NCBI GenBank assembly: GCA_964016885.1
Contig: OZ024753.1
Span: 2,604,001 to 2,668,000 of the forward strand
Direction: 5' to 3'
From: Eledone cirrhosa
Taxonomy: Eukaryota
Length of the DNA: 64,000 nt
Shown here: positions 51,969 through 64,000 of the stretch, in pieces
How positions within the stretch are numbered: the stretch's first letter is position 1
Layout: each line of letters starts with the position of its first letter
Program-made: the position numbers and the translations under genes
Notes under the pieces: generated by a model
Told to the model about the DNA's origin: nothing
Database searches by the model: none
What the model saw: the letters and a program-made list of their open reading frames with translations, nothing else

Positions 51969-52350
51969 ATATATATATATATATATATGTATGCATGTAC
52001 GTATGTATGCATGTACGTATGTATGTATGTATGTATGTATGTATATGTGTGTGTGTATATATATGTGTATGCATATATATATGTATGCATGTATGTATAT
52101 ATATATATGTATGCGTGTATGTATATATATATACATATATATGAATGTATATATATATATGTATGTATATATATATATGTGTATATATATATATGTATGC
52201 GTGTATATATATATATATACATATATATGTATGTATATATATATATGTATGTATATATATATATGCATGTGTATATATGTATGTGTACATATATATATAT
52301 GTGTATGTGTATATATGTATATATATGTATGTGTGTGTATATATATATAT

Positions 52351-52389
<39 letters not shown>

Positions 52390-52647
52390 TATATATATAT
52401 AGACACACACACATATATATATATATATACACATACATACATATATATATATATATATACACATATATATATATATAGACACACACACATATATATATAT
52501 ATATACACATACATACATATATATATACACATACATACATATATATATATATATACACATACATACATATATATAAATATATATACATATATGTGTATAT
52601 ATATATGTATGTATATACATATACATATATATATATATATGTGTGTG

Positions 52648-52678
<31 letters not shown>

Positions 52679-52750
52679 GTGTGTATATATATATATATAT
52701 ATTGATATATATATATGTATATATATGTGTGTATATATATATATATATAT
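51969..52750. repeat. Compound (TA)n/(TATG)n/(CATA)n microsatellite
   Basis: Directly visible. Confidence 0.95.
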
Positions 52751-53534
52751 TGATAGGTAATTTCTTCTCTTGGTGGCATGAAAACATAGTAACAAAGAAA
52801 AATAATTCAATGACTTCTCCTTGAATCTAATAGTCCTCCACCAACAAATAATGCCAGAAGAGATTTTAATTGAAATTTAAAACCAAAAAAATCCGTTTCA
52901 CATTTTATTTGAAAATCTGTGCAAAGTCGCAGAATTAATGTATTTCTGGAAGTTTCTAGCCAAAAAGCGATTGTTGCTTAAAATTGGCCAAAAAACGAGT
53001 AATTTTTTGCAAAATAATAAACACAGACATATAAAAATTATGAAATGAAATTTTTTAAAATATCAAGAAATAAAATTAATAAAAACAAACCTTGATTAGA
53101 AAATAGTAAATAAATAGAAATAACAAAAAAAAAACAGAAGCAAAATAAAAAAAATGAATTAATATAAATAAAATAATAAATAAAGCAAAGCTTTTAAAAA
53201 ATGATTTCATAAAAAGGAAGTATTTTAGCCAATTTGGTAACACCTGAAGCTATATGTCTATAAGTGAGTAACATTTTCAATTAGCTGATACCTCAAGTTT
53301 GGAATATACCTGTGAACATTTCCTTAGTTTTCTTTAGTAATGTTTTGCCATCTAAATGTTACACTAACATCTTAAGGAATTTAACTGTTCCTAATATCAG
53401 GGACTATAGTTAACATTAGGGTTGACTGTACAAAATCAATCATGGGAGAGTAATCATATTTACCAATCACAGTCATATACTTATATCACGTGTGTGTAGT
53501 GAAAGCTTAAGATTTTGTATAATAAAATAAACAA

Positions 53535-53810
53535 TATATATATATGCATATATATATATACATATACATACATACATATTTATATATATATATTTATATA
53601 TACATACATATATATATATATATACACATATGTATATATATATACACATATATGTATATATATATATACACATATATATATATATATATAAATATATACA
53701 CATATATTTATATATATATACACATATATGTGTATATATATATATATATATAAATATATACACATATATTTATATTTATATGTATATATATATATATAAA
53801 CACACATATA
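53535..53810. repeat. Compound (TA)n/(CA)n microsatellite
   Basis: Directly visible. Confidence 0.93.
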
Positions 53811-55771
53811 TGTCAGTAATGTCTCTATAATCTGTATGAAAATAACGTTTTAGTAGCATTTCTAAATCAAAGGCAACTAAAATGCATTACATGATTTCTT
53901 ATATATTTCGTTTTTGCTTACATTGTATAATGTAAATATATATCTATGGGTATGAAACCATGTATGTGAGTGAGCGTGTGTGTTTGTGTGTGTGTCTGAG
54001 TAGTGACATTGGTACATATGTACAAATACATAATTCCATGAAAAATACTTTTGATATATGTATATTTTCATACATTTGAAATTGTTTATAAACCGATTTG
54101 TTAAAGGTCAGTTTTATTATTGTTCCCTTTTTTTTATATCTATGAAGCCAAAAGAGATATACAATATTCCTTGTTAGCCATTGTAAGCCACATTGCTTTT
54201 AATATTCAAATAAGGACTAAATCAAAGGTTCCAATACCTTCTTCTGTTAATAACAACATTCCCTATTTCTTTTTCTTGTTTCAAAAATAGCAGGGATTTC
54301 AAAATTATTTTCAAATATCTGTGGTTTTGTTATAATTATAAATGATCTTTCATTCATCTCAATTTAACTATTAAATTAATTTATTCACTTTCACTTTTGA
54401 ATTTCTTTAAACGTCTCTTGTTTGAAGATTTAAAGTCATGGACAATGATAATTATTGTTTGTTAGTGGTTTATTTGTCTTGATTTGAGGTAGCAAATATG
54501 ATACTCACCATAATCGGAATCTCTTCTTTTATGAGATGTGCTTGTGTTATCATTAGCTGGAAAATTGAAGAAAAAGAAAGGTAATAGATATATCTTTTGG
54601 GGAAAAAAAATTTAAATAATAAATAAATAAACAAAATTTAAAAAAGTTAAAATGAAAGTGTATTTGTTTGGATTTTTAAATTTGTGTCTTTTGTGTTAAA
54701 GTTCATATTTGAATGTGATATATAATAAATAAATAAAACGCATTAAATAATAAAACAAATATTTTCTATGTTCATCTCCTCATCTATAAAGGTAAAGTTG
54801 CACAGATCTTACAATAAAATGCTTCAGATTTGAATAAGAAATTACAAATTCAATAGTTTTCTTTCAAAACTCCCCTTTCATATTTTCATATTTGCTTTCT
54901 GTATTAGTTTAAGAAGAAAAAAATAGAGGAAACATAAATTTGTTATATCCTAAAATATATTATTTTTTTAGAAGCTTTTATTCAGAGGTTTAGAATTATA
55001 TTTATATTTTATTATAATTTCCATATTTATCTGCTTTTTGTGAAAGCCTTTATACAGTATAATGTAATGTGTGTATAATTTTAATCGATCAACAAACCTC
55101 GCATATATGTTTTATAAGTGCCAATTTGACAAAAAATAAGGAAATACAATAAAAACATGAAAGAAAACCCAGTAAACAAACAAAAATATAGAATAATACT
55201 GATGTCATATGAGCTTGAATCCGTGCAACTCTATCTCTAGATAGGAGCAAACCAGGAAATACACAACACAATAATTGAAATATTAAATAAGAACAGTGAA
55301 GCCTTATATTTATAAGAATGCACATATGGCAACTTATTTAATATTAATTATATTTTATTGTTTTACTGAAGTAATTCAATGAGAGAGATGTTCAGAATGA
55401 AGGAGATAAATGATTCATAGTTAGCTAGTGCATAAAAGAAATGATATCATCAGCTACGGCATGCAATAATACCTTATCAGGTTTTTAGTGCATATCTTAC
55501 CAAATGAAAAAGATCAAGACAAAAATATTTTTATTACAAATATATATATATATATATATATACATTTGTGTGTATGTAAGTGCATATATGTGTATATATA
55601 TATGTGTGCATATATGTGCATATATGTGTATATTGTGTGTATGTATGTATGTGTATGTATGTGTATATGTGTGCATATACATATATATTTATATACATAC
55701 ACACACATATGCAAATATTCAATTCAATTTTCAAATTCCACTGCCGTCTTCTAATCTCATGATATTAACAT

Positions 55772-55828
<57 letters not shown>

Positions 55829-56207
55829 ATTATATATATACACAACTACTTTATATTTATATACATTTAATTCATAGCATAAGTGGAAGTTTAAGGAACA
55901 AACAGTTTCATAGGCAGATGTGTAGTTAGCGCCTCTATATATATGTAATTGTGTATCTCAAGTTGGCCTGTTAATCTACTGTTAACTCAACATTAGCTTT
56001 ATATACATACACATATATATATATACTTTATATACATACACATATATATATATATATACTGATCAACACACACACATATATATGATGGTCATTAGCGTTC
56101 AACATACAATCCCCCAATACTCAAGCAGATTTACTGACCTCTCAATTGAGTGGGTGTGGGCTCATATTTTCCTATATATATATATATGTATATATATATG
56201 ATGAATA

Positions 56208-56309
56208 GCCAAATAAATTAACTATGGAGATATAAAAGATACAGAAGCAAAAACCAACCAAACTGAGTGTGTTCTGTTATTATTTCTGGCAATATTATTA
56301 CAACAATAT
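56208..56309 (+). mobile_element. 102-bp 3'-terminal copy of the PLE at 37012-39165
   Basis: Matches the reverse complement of 37036-37139 except a 2-nt indel; runs into (TA)n. Confidence 0.9.
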
Positions 56310-56353
56310 ATATATATGTATATATATATATATATCGAATATAGAAAAGTATA

Positions 56354-56389
<36 letters not shown>

Positions 56390-56689
56390 CATATATATAT
56401 ACATATATACAAAATATATATACATATATACAAACATATATACAAAATATATATACATATATACAAAATGCTGTTAAGATAGGGTTACATTTACATATTT
56501 GTTCTATTGCAAAATATATATTTAAATGACATGGTTATGCAATGGTTATATCATTGACAGTCTCCATGTGACACCATCAGACACTCATGCAATTATAAGG
56601 TGTAGTTATGCAAGTATGCTGATATGCCACTGATGAGCAAAGATTATCAGCAGCATATCAGCAAATTCGCATAAAGACACCTCATAATA

Positions 56690-57150
56690 GTATCATTTCC
56701 TTTGCATATGACATCTCATTCCTCTTATACGCAGCTTTTCTCCTAGCTCACTTGAGCTCTATCATTCATGAACACTAATATTATATGTCAAGTTTAGCAT
56801 TATCTTTCAATCATTGCAAATCTTCTGCATTCATGACCAAAATCTCGCTACCATGCAGCATAACAGTTCAAACACCAGCATCAAACAACCAATTTTAGAA
56901 AGAAGATCATTGTTTCCAGCAGATGTAATAACAATTTGAACTCCTTCTGCTCCTTTCTCACTCTGGCTACAACATGCTTAGTGAATTCACCTCCACTGAT
57001 AATGATGTAAGCTAGACAGCAGTAGCTATCTACTATTTCTAGTGAACCTTTACAGCATTTGAGGGACGACTTTACCTCTGTATCTATCACAGATGAAATC
57101 TACTTTGACTGCCAAACTACCTATGATCTCATCACATGTTCTGACATCTA
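56690..57150 (-). pseudogene. Old RTE ORF2 fragment
   Basis: GSLEIVDSYCCLA..SGG..VVARVR and MLHGSE motifs. Confidence 0.75.
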
Positions 57151-57192
57151 TTGTGCACACTGGATGCACCATATAAAATATTGTGTGAGTGA

Positions 57193-57223
<31 letters not shown>

Positions 57224-57227
57224 TAGT

Positions 57228-57715
57228 AACTCTGTTGATAACAAAGGGTTTTTGCTATGGGGGAAGGGTAAATTGTATGAAGCCTGTGTGAGAAGTGTGA
57301 TGTTGTATGGCAATTAGACATGGGTGTAAATGCTGAGGATATATGGACACAGGAGATAAATGAAGTAAGAATGATCCATTGGAAGTGCAATGCAAGTGTG
57401 TATGAAAGACTGAGTATTGATGAACTGAGAAAAAAAGGTGAGTATAAGAGGATTAAGATGCAATATACAAGAGAGAAGACAGTGTTAGTTTGCTGCTTTG
57501 AACATGTGATGAAAGTAGATGATGAATATTGGGTGAAAAAAAGTGGCACATGTTCCCAGTGTAGGTAAGCTGCAGTAGAAAAAGACAGTTGCAGACATGG
57601 ATAGAGCTGCAGTCAAAAGGCTGAACCTCAGAGAGGAGATGACAATGGATTGCTGCAAGTGATGGGAGGCTGTGGTAGATAGGAGCACTCTAACCAATAC
57701 AAGCAAGGAAATGTT
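57228..57715 (+). pseudogene. Old RTE ORF2 C-terminal fragment with tail
   Basis: GKLYEACVRSVMLYG, NEVRMIHWKCN and FEHVMK..WVKK motifs. Confidence 0.75.
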
Positions 57716-57970
57716 TACTTTAATGTTTACTTTCACTGTTAGCAAGCGTTGGATCGGTCTACATAGATGAAGTCAGCACTGAAGTGGTGCTACCAATCTC
57801 CCAGACAGGCCAGTGTTTTGCTTATGTATAGTCGTGACTTTGACACAACTGAGGGTCCTCTCAACCCTTTGTTTGGCAAGCTTTCAATGGCTGGATGCCC
57901 TTCCTATCACCAACCACTTTACCGTATGTACTGGGTGCATTTATATTTATATATGTATATATATATATAT

Positions 57971-58107
57971 ATAGTAACGAGTAGGACCCCGACGGCTGAG
58001 CTCAAGCCGTTTCGACGGCTAATTCTGGACTCAGACGGCTAATTCTTGTCCAGAATTAGCCGTCGAAACGGCTTGAGCTCAGCCGTTGGGGTCCTACTCG
58101 TTACTAT
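57971..58107. repeat. GC-rich inverted repeat carrying hammerhead stems II and III
   Basis: ~60-bp arms, one mismatch; GACGGCTAATTCT-tgtcc-AGAATTAGCCGTC-GAAA-CGGCT-tgagctc-AGCCG-T(C/T). Confidence 0.88.
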
Positions 58108-58188
58108 TACCCACTCTACTACCCTAAGTATTGAGTACTTTGGTGCGTTATGGTCCACCTGGTTCCTTACCACTTTTCCTTTGTTATA

Positions 58189-58238
<50 letters not shown>

Positions 58239-58306
58239 TATATATATGCATACATATACAAAATTCAAATAGGACTCAATATGATTTGTTCATATATATA
58301 TATATA

Positions 58307-59590
58307 CTGGGTGTGGACGATATTTGTTCGCAATTTTCAACTGCTAATTTTATGCACATTTTTTTTACTTCCGTTGTCACTCTTGTCTTCATAAAAACAG
58401 TAGGTATATTTCCATTATTTATTTTCAGAATAATTGATTATGAATAATTTTGAACCTCCAAATTTGTGGAAGAGACACGGAGTTCTTCTTGGAATCTGCG
58501 CCGGGAGGACAAATAAGGAAATTTCAGACTTTCTCAGCGTCAGGAGGAGAATGGTGGAAAAGGTCAGAAAGGAATTGGAAGATTCAGGATTCGACTACGA
58601 AGCAACATCAGAGAGGAAAACACATGAACGACGATCTGACGCCTTCAGAACGGCCGAGTTCGTCGCTGAAGTTCAGAATATCATCAACAGTGAACCTAGC
58701 AAGTCGATGCGTACCATTGCAAGGGAGAAAGGCATGGATGAAAAGCTCATTAGGCTGGTGGTACATGAAGACATTCGCTACGTTTCATACAAGATGAGGA
58801 AAAGACAATTTCTGTCAAACGCGATGCAAGAAAAGCGACTGAAGCACGCAAAGAAGCTGATCAACAAATTGAAACACTCACTGGAGCCAGACATGCTGTT
58901 GTTTTTCTCTGACAAGAAAAACTTCTGCCAAGACCAGAATATCAACTCCCAGAACAACAGGTTGCTCGCTGTCTCATCCAAAGACGTTTCCAGCCACAAC
59001 ATTGGTCTTAGGTGTCGTCAGCAGTCAAGGTGATGTCATGCCACCTCACTTCTTCCCTGAGGGCCTCAAGCTGAACACCGGTGGCTACATCCGCATTCTG
59101 AGTGAGGTAGTAAAGCCCTGGATCGACCAGGTAGCTGCAGGTAGGCCATACGTGTGGCAGCAAGACTCAGCGCCCTGCCATACCAGCCGAAAGACCCAAG
59201 CCTGGCTGTCAGAGAACTTTGTCGACCACACTTCACCTAACATCTGGCTTCCTAGCTCGCCTGACTGCAACCCCCTCGACTTCTTTGTGTGGGGCGCAGT
59301 GGAACGAGCCACCAACAGATCTAGCTGCAATACAAAAGACGATCTGAAGGGCAGGATCACAAGTGCCTTTAGGGGCCTAAGTCGGGGTACAGTGACGAAG
59401 GCCTGTAGCCGGTTCCGAGGCCACCTTGAGGCCGTCTTCAAAGCCAATGGCGGGTTTATCGAGTGAGATCGAAAGAACAAGTCATGAAGACAAACTGACC
59501 CAAGTTTGACAAATATATCTTAAAAAATAAAACTACTGTGTTATTTTTTCCTAGAGAGTAATCTTGTGAACAAATATCGTCCGCACCCTG
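58307..59590 (+). mobile_element. Tc1/mariner DD37D (maT) DNA transposon
   Basis: 27-bp TIRs (CTGGGTGTGGACGATATTTGTTCGCAA / CAGGGTGCGGACGATATTTGTTCACAA, 3 mismatches), TA flanks, 1284 bp. Confidence 0.95.
58440..59466 (+). pseudogene. DD37D transposase with deletion/frameshift near 58990
   Basis: HTH region, FFSDKKNF, WQQDSAPCH and SPDCNPLD with 37 residues between the last two catalytic Asp; split into ORFs 58434-59033 and 59002-59466. Confidence 0.92.
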
Positions 59591-59601
59591 TATATATGTA
59601 T

Positions 59602-59702
<101 letters not shown>

Positions 59703-59840
59703 ACACATTATATATATATATATACATACACACATATATATATACTGTATACATAGAGAGAGAGAGATTCTGTGGTGCTCAGACTGAGGAAACCATAATC
59801 ATGTGCATACTCAATAAATGGGGAGATGTAGAGTGGGTAT

Positions 59841-60004
59841 AGAGATATGTAAAATTGCGCCCGTGGTGCCAAGAGGTTTCAGCTTGTGTGTAAAGGAAGC
59901 CTTATCAAGGGCATAGTAATATCTACTATGCCCTTCATAAGGTTTGCTTAAAACACAAGCCAAAACCCGCTTGGGGCCGTGGTCAGGATTTTACACACAT
60001 CTCT
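59841..60004. repeat. Imperfect ~165-bp hairpin (palindromic MITE-like)
   Basis: Core AAGGGCATAGTA-atatc-TACTATGCCCTT with pairing extending outward to TGTAAAAT/ATTTTACA. Confidence 0.75.
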
Positions 60005-60288
60005 CTCTCTCTACACACACACATATATATAGTTTAATTGTACATATATAAACAGAGAGAGAGAGAGAGTTCAATCTTAGCCTACAACAGCTCATGAGTA
60101 TAAAAATTCGAGAATGTACATTGGACTAAGCAGAGTTGACAGAAACACACCAAATGAATAAAATCTATGTTCTGACAATATATTCAATTTCAAAAAAATG
60201 TCATAAAAATTGTAAGATGGTGGAAAATTATTATAATACGCAGGCACTACTTTTATATATCTCTATTTACTTTGTAGCAATTTATGAT

Positions 60289-60510
60289 CTATTTAGCATT
60301 TACATTACGCTATATATATACTATTGAATTTTTGTTGTAAAGGCTTTATCTAACACAATTATTTCACATAATATTGAACCTACGAGATTTTGATGTATTT
60401 ATTTTGAGAAAAATACCTCAAGATCAGTATGAGTGGTCAATTACGGCTGGTTTGGACAGAAAGAGGTGAGAGAATTCTGGTCAGATATGGCCAGTTTAAA
60501 TGCTAAAAGG
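60289..60510 (-). mobile_element. piggyBac-type MITE family 1, copy 6 (reverse)
   Basis: Reverse match to the other copies; right TTAA intact, left end degraded. Confidence 0.85.
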
Positions 60511-62249
60511 TTAAATAATTATAGACAAATTCCCTCTTCATATACACGCATGCATGCATCTGTGTGTATATCATGACTCATACACTGTTCACTTTCCTGA
60601 CATTTGTACATTATTCTATGTACTATTCATGCACCTTTGATGAGTTGTAGTGCACCTGAGCATTGTACACAATAATTTTCATTATTATTATTATAATACG
60701 TTTATGTAGTAATAGAACTCCTGGGTATATAATCTTGAATATGTTAAAGGCAATAGAAAGCTTATTGAAAATAAATACATTTAAGTAAATTATAACAGCT
60801 CTAATAACTAATTTCATTTGTAGTTTAAATGTTTTACAGTCTAACTTACAATTGAAAATGAGTCATTTGTTGTTAATTATGTAGACTGGTGAGTCAGCAA
60901 AGAAAGAGGATGGAATAGTTTTGTTATTTTTATCACACTTTCAGTAGATGATAATTTCGTAATGGGAAAACTGTACCATATACTAGACAAAATGTAAAAT
61001 AATCTTAATAGCTATGTTTAATTGCTTTATGTCTGCAAACGAAGCAAATTATATTGTTGGCTGATAAAATTTCTATCACTGGATTGTTTCACAACCAATT
61101 ATTGTACCATACCTAGTAAAAAATGTAATTCTTTCATTTGAAAGTTTAAACTCCTTGTGTATGGTTATTTCTCCTGTGAGGTCTCACCTGAGATCATAGG
61201 ATAAACATTAATGTTACAGTTCATTTACCTGGCATCTTTCTCTGTCATGCCCCTAACAATTTTCTTAATAAATATGTATTACAAATATTTCTGATTTTCA
61301 AGAAACATATCTTATTGTTCAATGTCATTCATAAAATGGAAATGGATATATTGAATCAGACATTATTTTGAAGAAAAAATATATACTAAGCATTGAATTA
61401 GCTGCTAAGATATTTATGCAGAAAAAAACTAGATATTTAAAGCACCACTTTGAGACAGAAAAGAGAAATAGGCACACTAATTGTCATGTAAAATGGTAGG
61501 CAAGAATAATTGCCTATGAAATTAAATAGAAAATATTCAATATAAAGAGACTTACTAAGATGTAGAATTGAATTTACATTGTGAAAATGAATTGGGTTAT
61601 TTATTAAAAAATATATCGTGTTGTGTAGTATAAAATGAAAGATAGATATTAGTGTAGTTTTCAAAGGATAAAATAAATTGTCATAGGAATATGTTAAATG
61701 TTATATAATACTAGGTCAATAAACTGAGAAGTGGTTGAAGAGATGAATATTATAGGTGATAAATGAGAGAAAAAGGAAATCAAATGTAATACAATGAAAG
61801 AATAATACAAAATATAATTTAGTCTAGTCTACAGGTTATAAGTATTAGTTATAAACTAAGTCTAAGAGTTTCCTATAAGGTTAGATTGTTAGTCGTTGTG
61901 TTGACGGTATTTTCTTTAAAAGATAAAAATGTTAAAGAAAATATTTTGGTGGAGGAGAAGAAAATGAACAGGAGATAATATTTAGTTGAAAATAAAAACA
62001 TATGTATGACTATACTAGGTTGGGTTAGTTGAAACAAGCTTGTAATAGTGTTAGGAGTATTATTAGATAAATTTTAATTATATGAACGTGAAATCAAAGC
62101 ATATGTGCTAAGGTTAACAAGAAAGTCAATATATCTGGGTGGATATTGGATATAAAAAGCAAGTAGAGGATGGGAGGTCATATGAACAAAGGCAAGATGT
62201 GTTGAATCATGAAAAAATGTTCAAACAAAAAGCATAAAGTAAAACTACC

Positions 62250-62530
62250 ATTTCATTGATGAAAATGGGTTTTCTCTATAAATCCTTTCATTATATTTCT
62301 AATGACACTGCTTATGATTTTCAAATAATTTTGAAAATAATAAAGAACTTTGAAGGAATTAAGACTATAATTAACCTTCTCATTATTAAGATGATTTTTA
62401 ATGGGAAATTTTTAGATAAATATAAAGACTTTAAAATAGAACCACGATCAGTTTCAGGTGGTTTGGTATCAAAACAGCTAAATGCTTGCTGATATGTTTT
62501 CTGATAATCTAATAATCTGAAAGCATGCAT
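62250..62530 (-). pseudogene. Possible decayed PLE GIY-YIG C-terminus
   Basis: Broken translation FPIKNHL..NSFKVL..SLEI..EKPIFINE, followed by a pyrimidine-rich 3' region. Confidence 0.35.
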
Positions 62531-63082
62531 CTAAAAACACTATATATATATATATATATATAATATATATAATATATATATATATGTATATATATATATG
62601 TAGATAAATCTGAAGATTATTTATGAAGATTATTTCTGAACACAGCATATATATGTGTAGGTATGTATATTCCCTCTGATAGTTTGTAAAAACTTTACAT
62701 AGATCTATATGATATACATACCAACACACACATATATATCCTAGAAACGATCGTAAAATGATGAATTTTTTAATATAAGGAACTGTTTCTTTGTTTTTAT
62801 TCATTATTTTTATTAATTTATGTATATATATATATATTTGCTAATCTAGCCATTTCATATAAATATTTAAATATGTATATGATGCAACACTGATTCTTTG
62901 TTCCCTAATTATTATTATCGCTACTCTGCTCCCTAATAGCTTCAGATGCTCATCTTGGCACATACCGCCTGTGAACACAATCCAATTGCATCTTTACTAC
63001 TATATATATATAAATATACATGTACATGCGCGTGTGTATGTGTGTGCATATATACATATATATCATCATCATATATATATAT

Positions 63083-63600
63083 CATCATCATCGTTTTACA
63101 TCTGTTCTTCCATGCTAGCATGGGTTAGACGGGTTTTCCTGTTGTGAGCAGTGTCCAGTCGGCTGACCTTGTCTTTCTCATACAGGAACTGATTCTGGCT
63201 TGATTTCTACAGCTGGATGCCCTTCCTAACACCAACCTCATTTACAGTGAGTGCTGGGTGCTTTTTTCCGTGGCGCCTACACATCTACTTTACAGTGTGG
63301 GCTGGGTGCTTTTTTGCCATGGCACCTCCACATCCACTTTACAGTGTGGGCTGGGTGCTTTTTTGCCATGGCACCTCCACATCCACTTTACAGTGTGGGC
63401 TGGGTGCTTTTTTGCCATGGCACCTCCACATCCACTTTACAGTGTGGGCTGGGTGCTTTTTTGCCATGGCACCTCCACGACCACTTTGCAATGGGAGGGT
63501 GTGGTGCATATTGTCTATATGCTTCAGCTTCGGCTTGTTCCTGTGGGGGAGGGGTCTTCTGTGTTACTGCGTGACACCAGAGGTAACGGTAGTGTGTCAT
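63083..63600 (-). mobile_element. RTE LINE 3' end with an expanded 49-bp tandem array
   Basis: LWCHAVTQKT C-terminus and 3'UTR; unit CATCCACTTTACAGTGTGGGCTGGGTGCTTTTTTGCCATGGCACCTCCA at 63282, 63331, 63380 and 63429. Confidence 0.88.
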
Positions 63601-64000
63601 ATATATATGTATGTGTGTGTGTATACATATATATATAAGCAATGACCCATATGTGTGTGCACATGAATGTACATGTAAGTTTTATGTGAAGAGACAGATT
63701 TAATTTTATTGCGTAACACACACACAATACATATATAGGATATGGATTTACTGGTTTGGTTATTTCATGAGAAAGGAGAGATATAGAAAGCGAAAGGAAA
63801 TATGTGTTTGGTTATTTACATATATTTTCAGTATATATTTCAGAAATTGATCAAATAGATAAAAAGTCTAGAGCTGTAAATACAGCTCAACCAGAAAAGC
63901 AAAATGGAAAACTGAAATAAAAATCTTAGATAAGGGCTGTCCATTGCAACAGATTCAATGTATTTTGTACATTATCATATGTTGTGAGACTGATATGATG

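Noticed and set aside
55441-55500. miR-8-like TAATAC..TCAGG sequence
   Set aside because: Seed mismatch and no supporting hairpin.
56690-57715. Twin-priming inversion of one RTE
   Set aside because: The two divergent fragments cover overlapping homologous ORF regions and are dissimilar, so they are independent insertions.
59085-59480. 131-aa antisense ORF
   Set aside because: Shadow of the GC-richer transposase strand.

Overview
AT-rich eukaryotic, non-coding-looking DNA. The SINE, RTE and microsatellite content resembles an octopus/coleoid genome (inference from repeat style only). No host gene is confidently identifiable; there is one weak candidate terminal exon at 471-585, and nearly all listed ORFs are microsatellite artefacts. 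Recognisable elements are a decayed Penelope-like element (PLE; RT + GIY-YIG, 37012-39165, minus), further PLE fragments, a frameshifted DD37D (maT) Tc1/mariner with TIRs (58307-59590), piggyBac, hAT and Tc1 MITEs, two tRNA-derived SINE groups, RTE LINE 3' ends and two CRE-type 3' fragments. The main hidden signal is that many short unique islands between (TA)n tracts carry type I hammerhead ribozyme motifs from at least 8 unrelated sequence families, one pair showing compensatory stem changes. Many islands are folded back into near-perfect inverted repeats, either flanked by or centred on (TA)n. This points to a (TA)n-associated, ribozyme-bearing retroelement system plus a fold-back duplication process at (TA)n tracts. 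All structures were read by eye; none was computed or searched.
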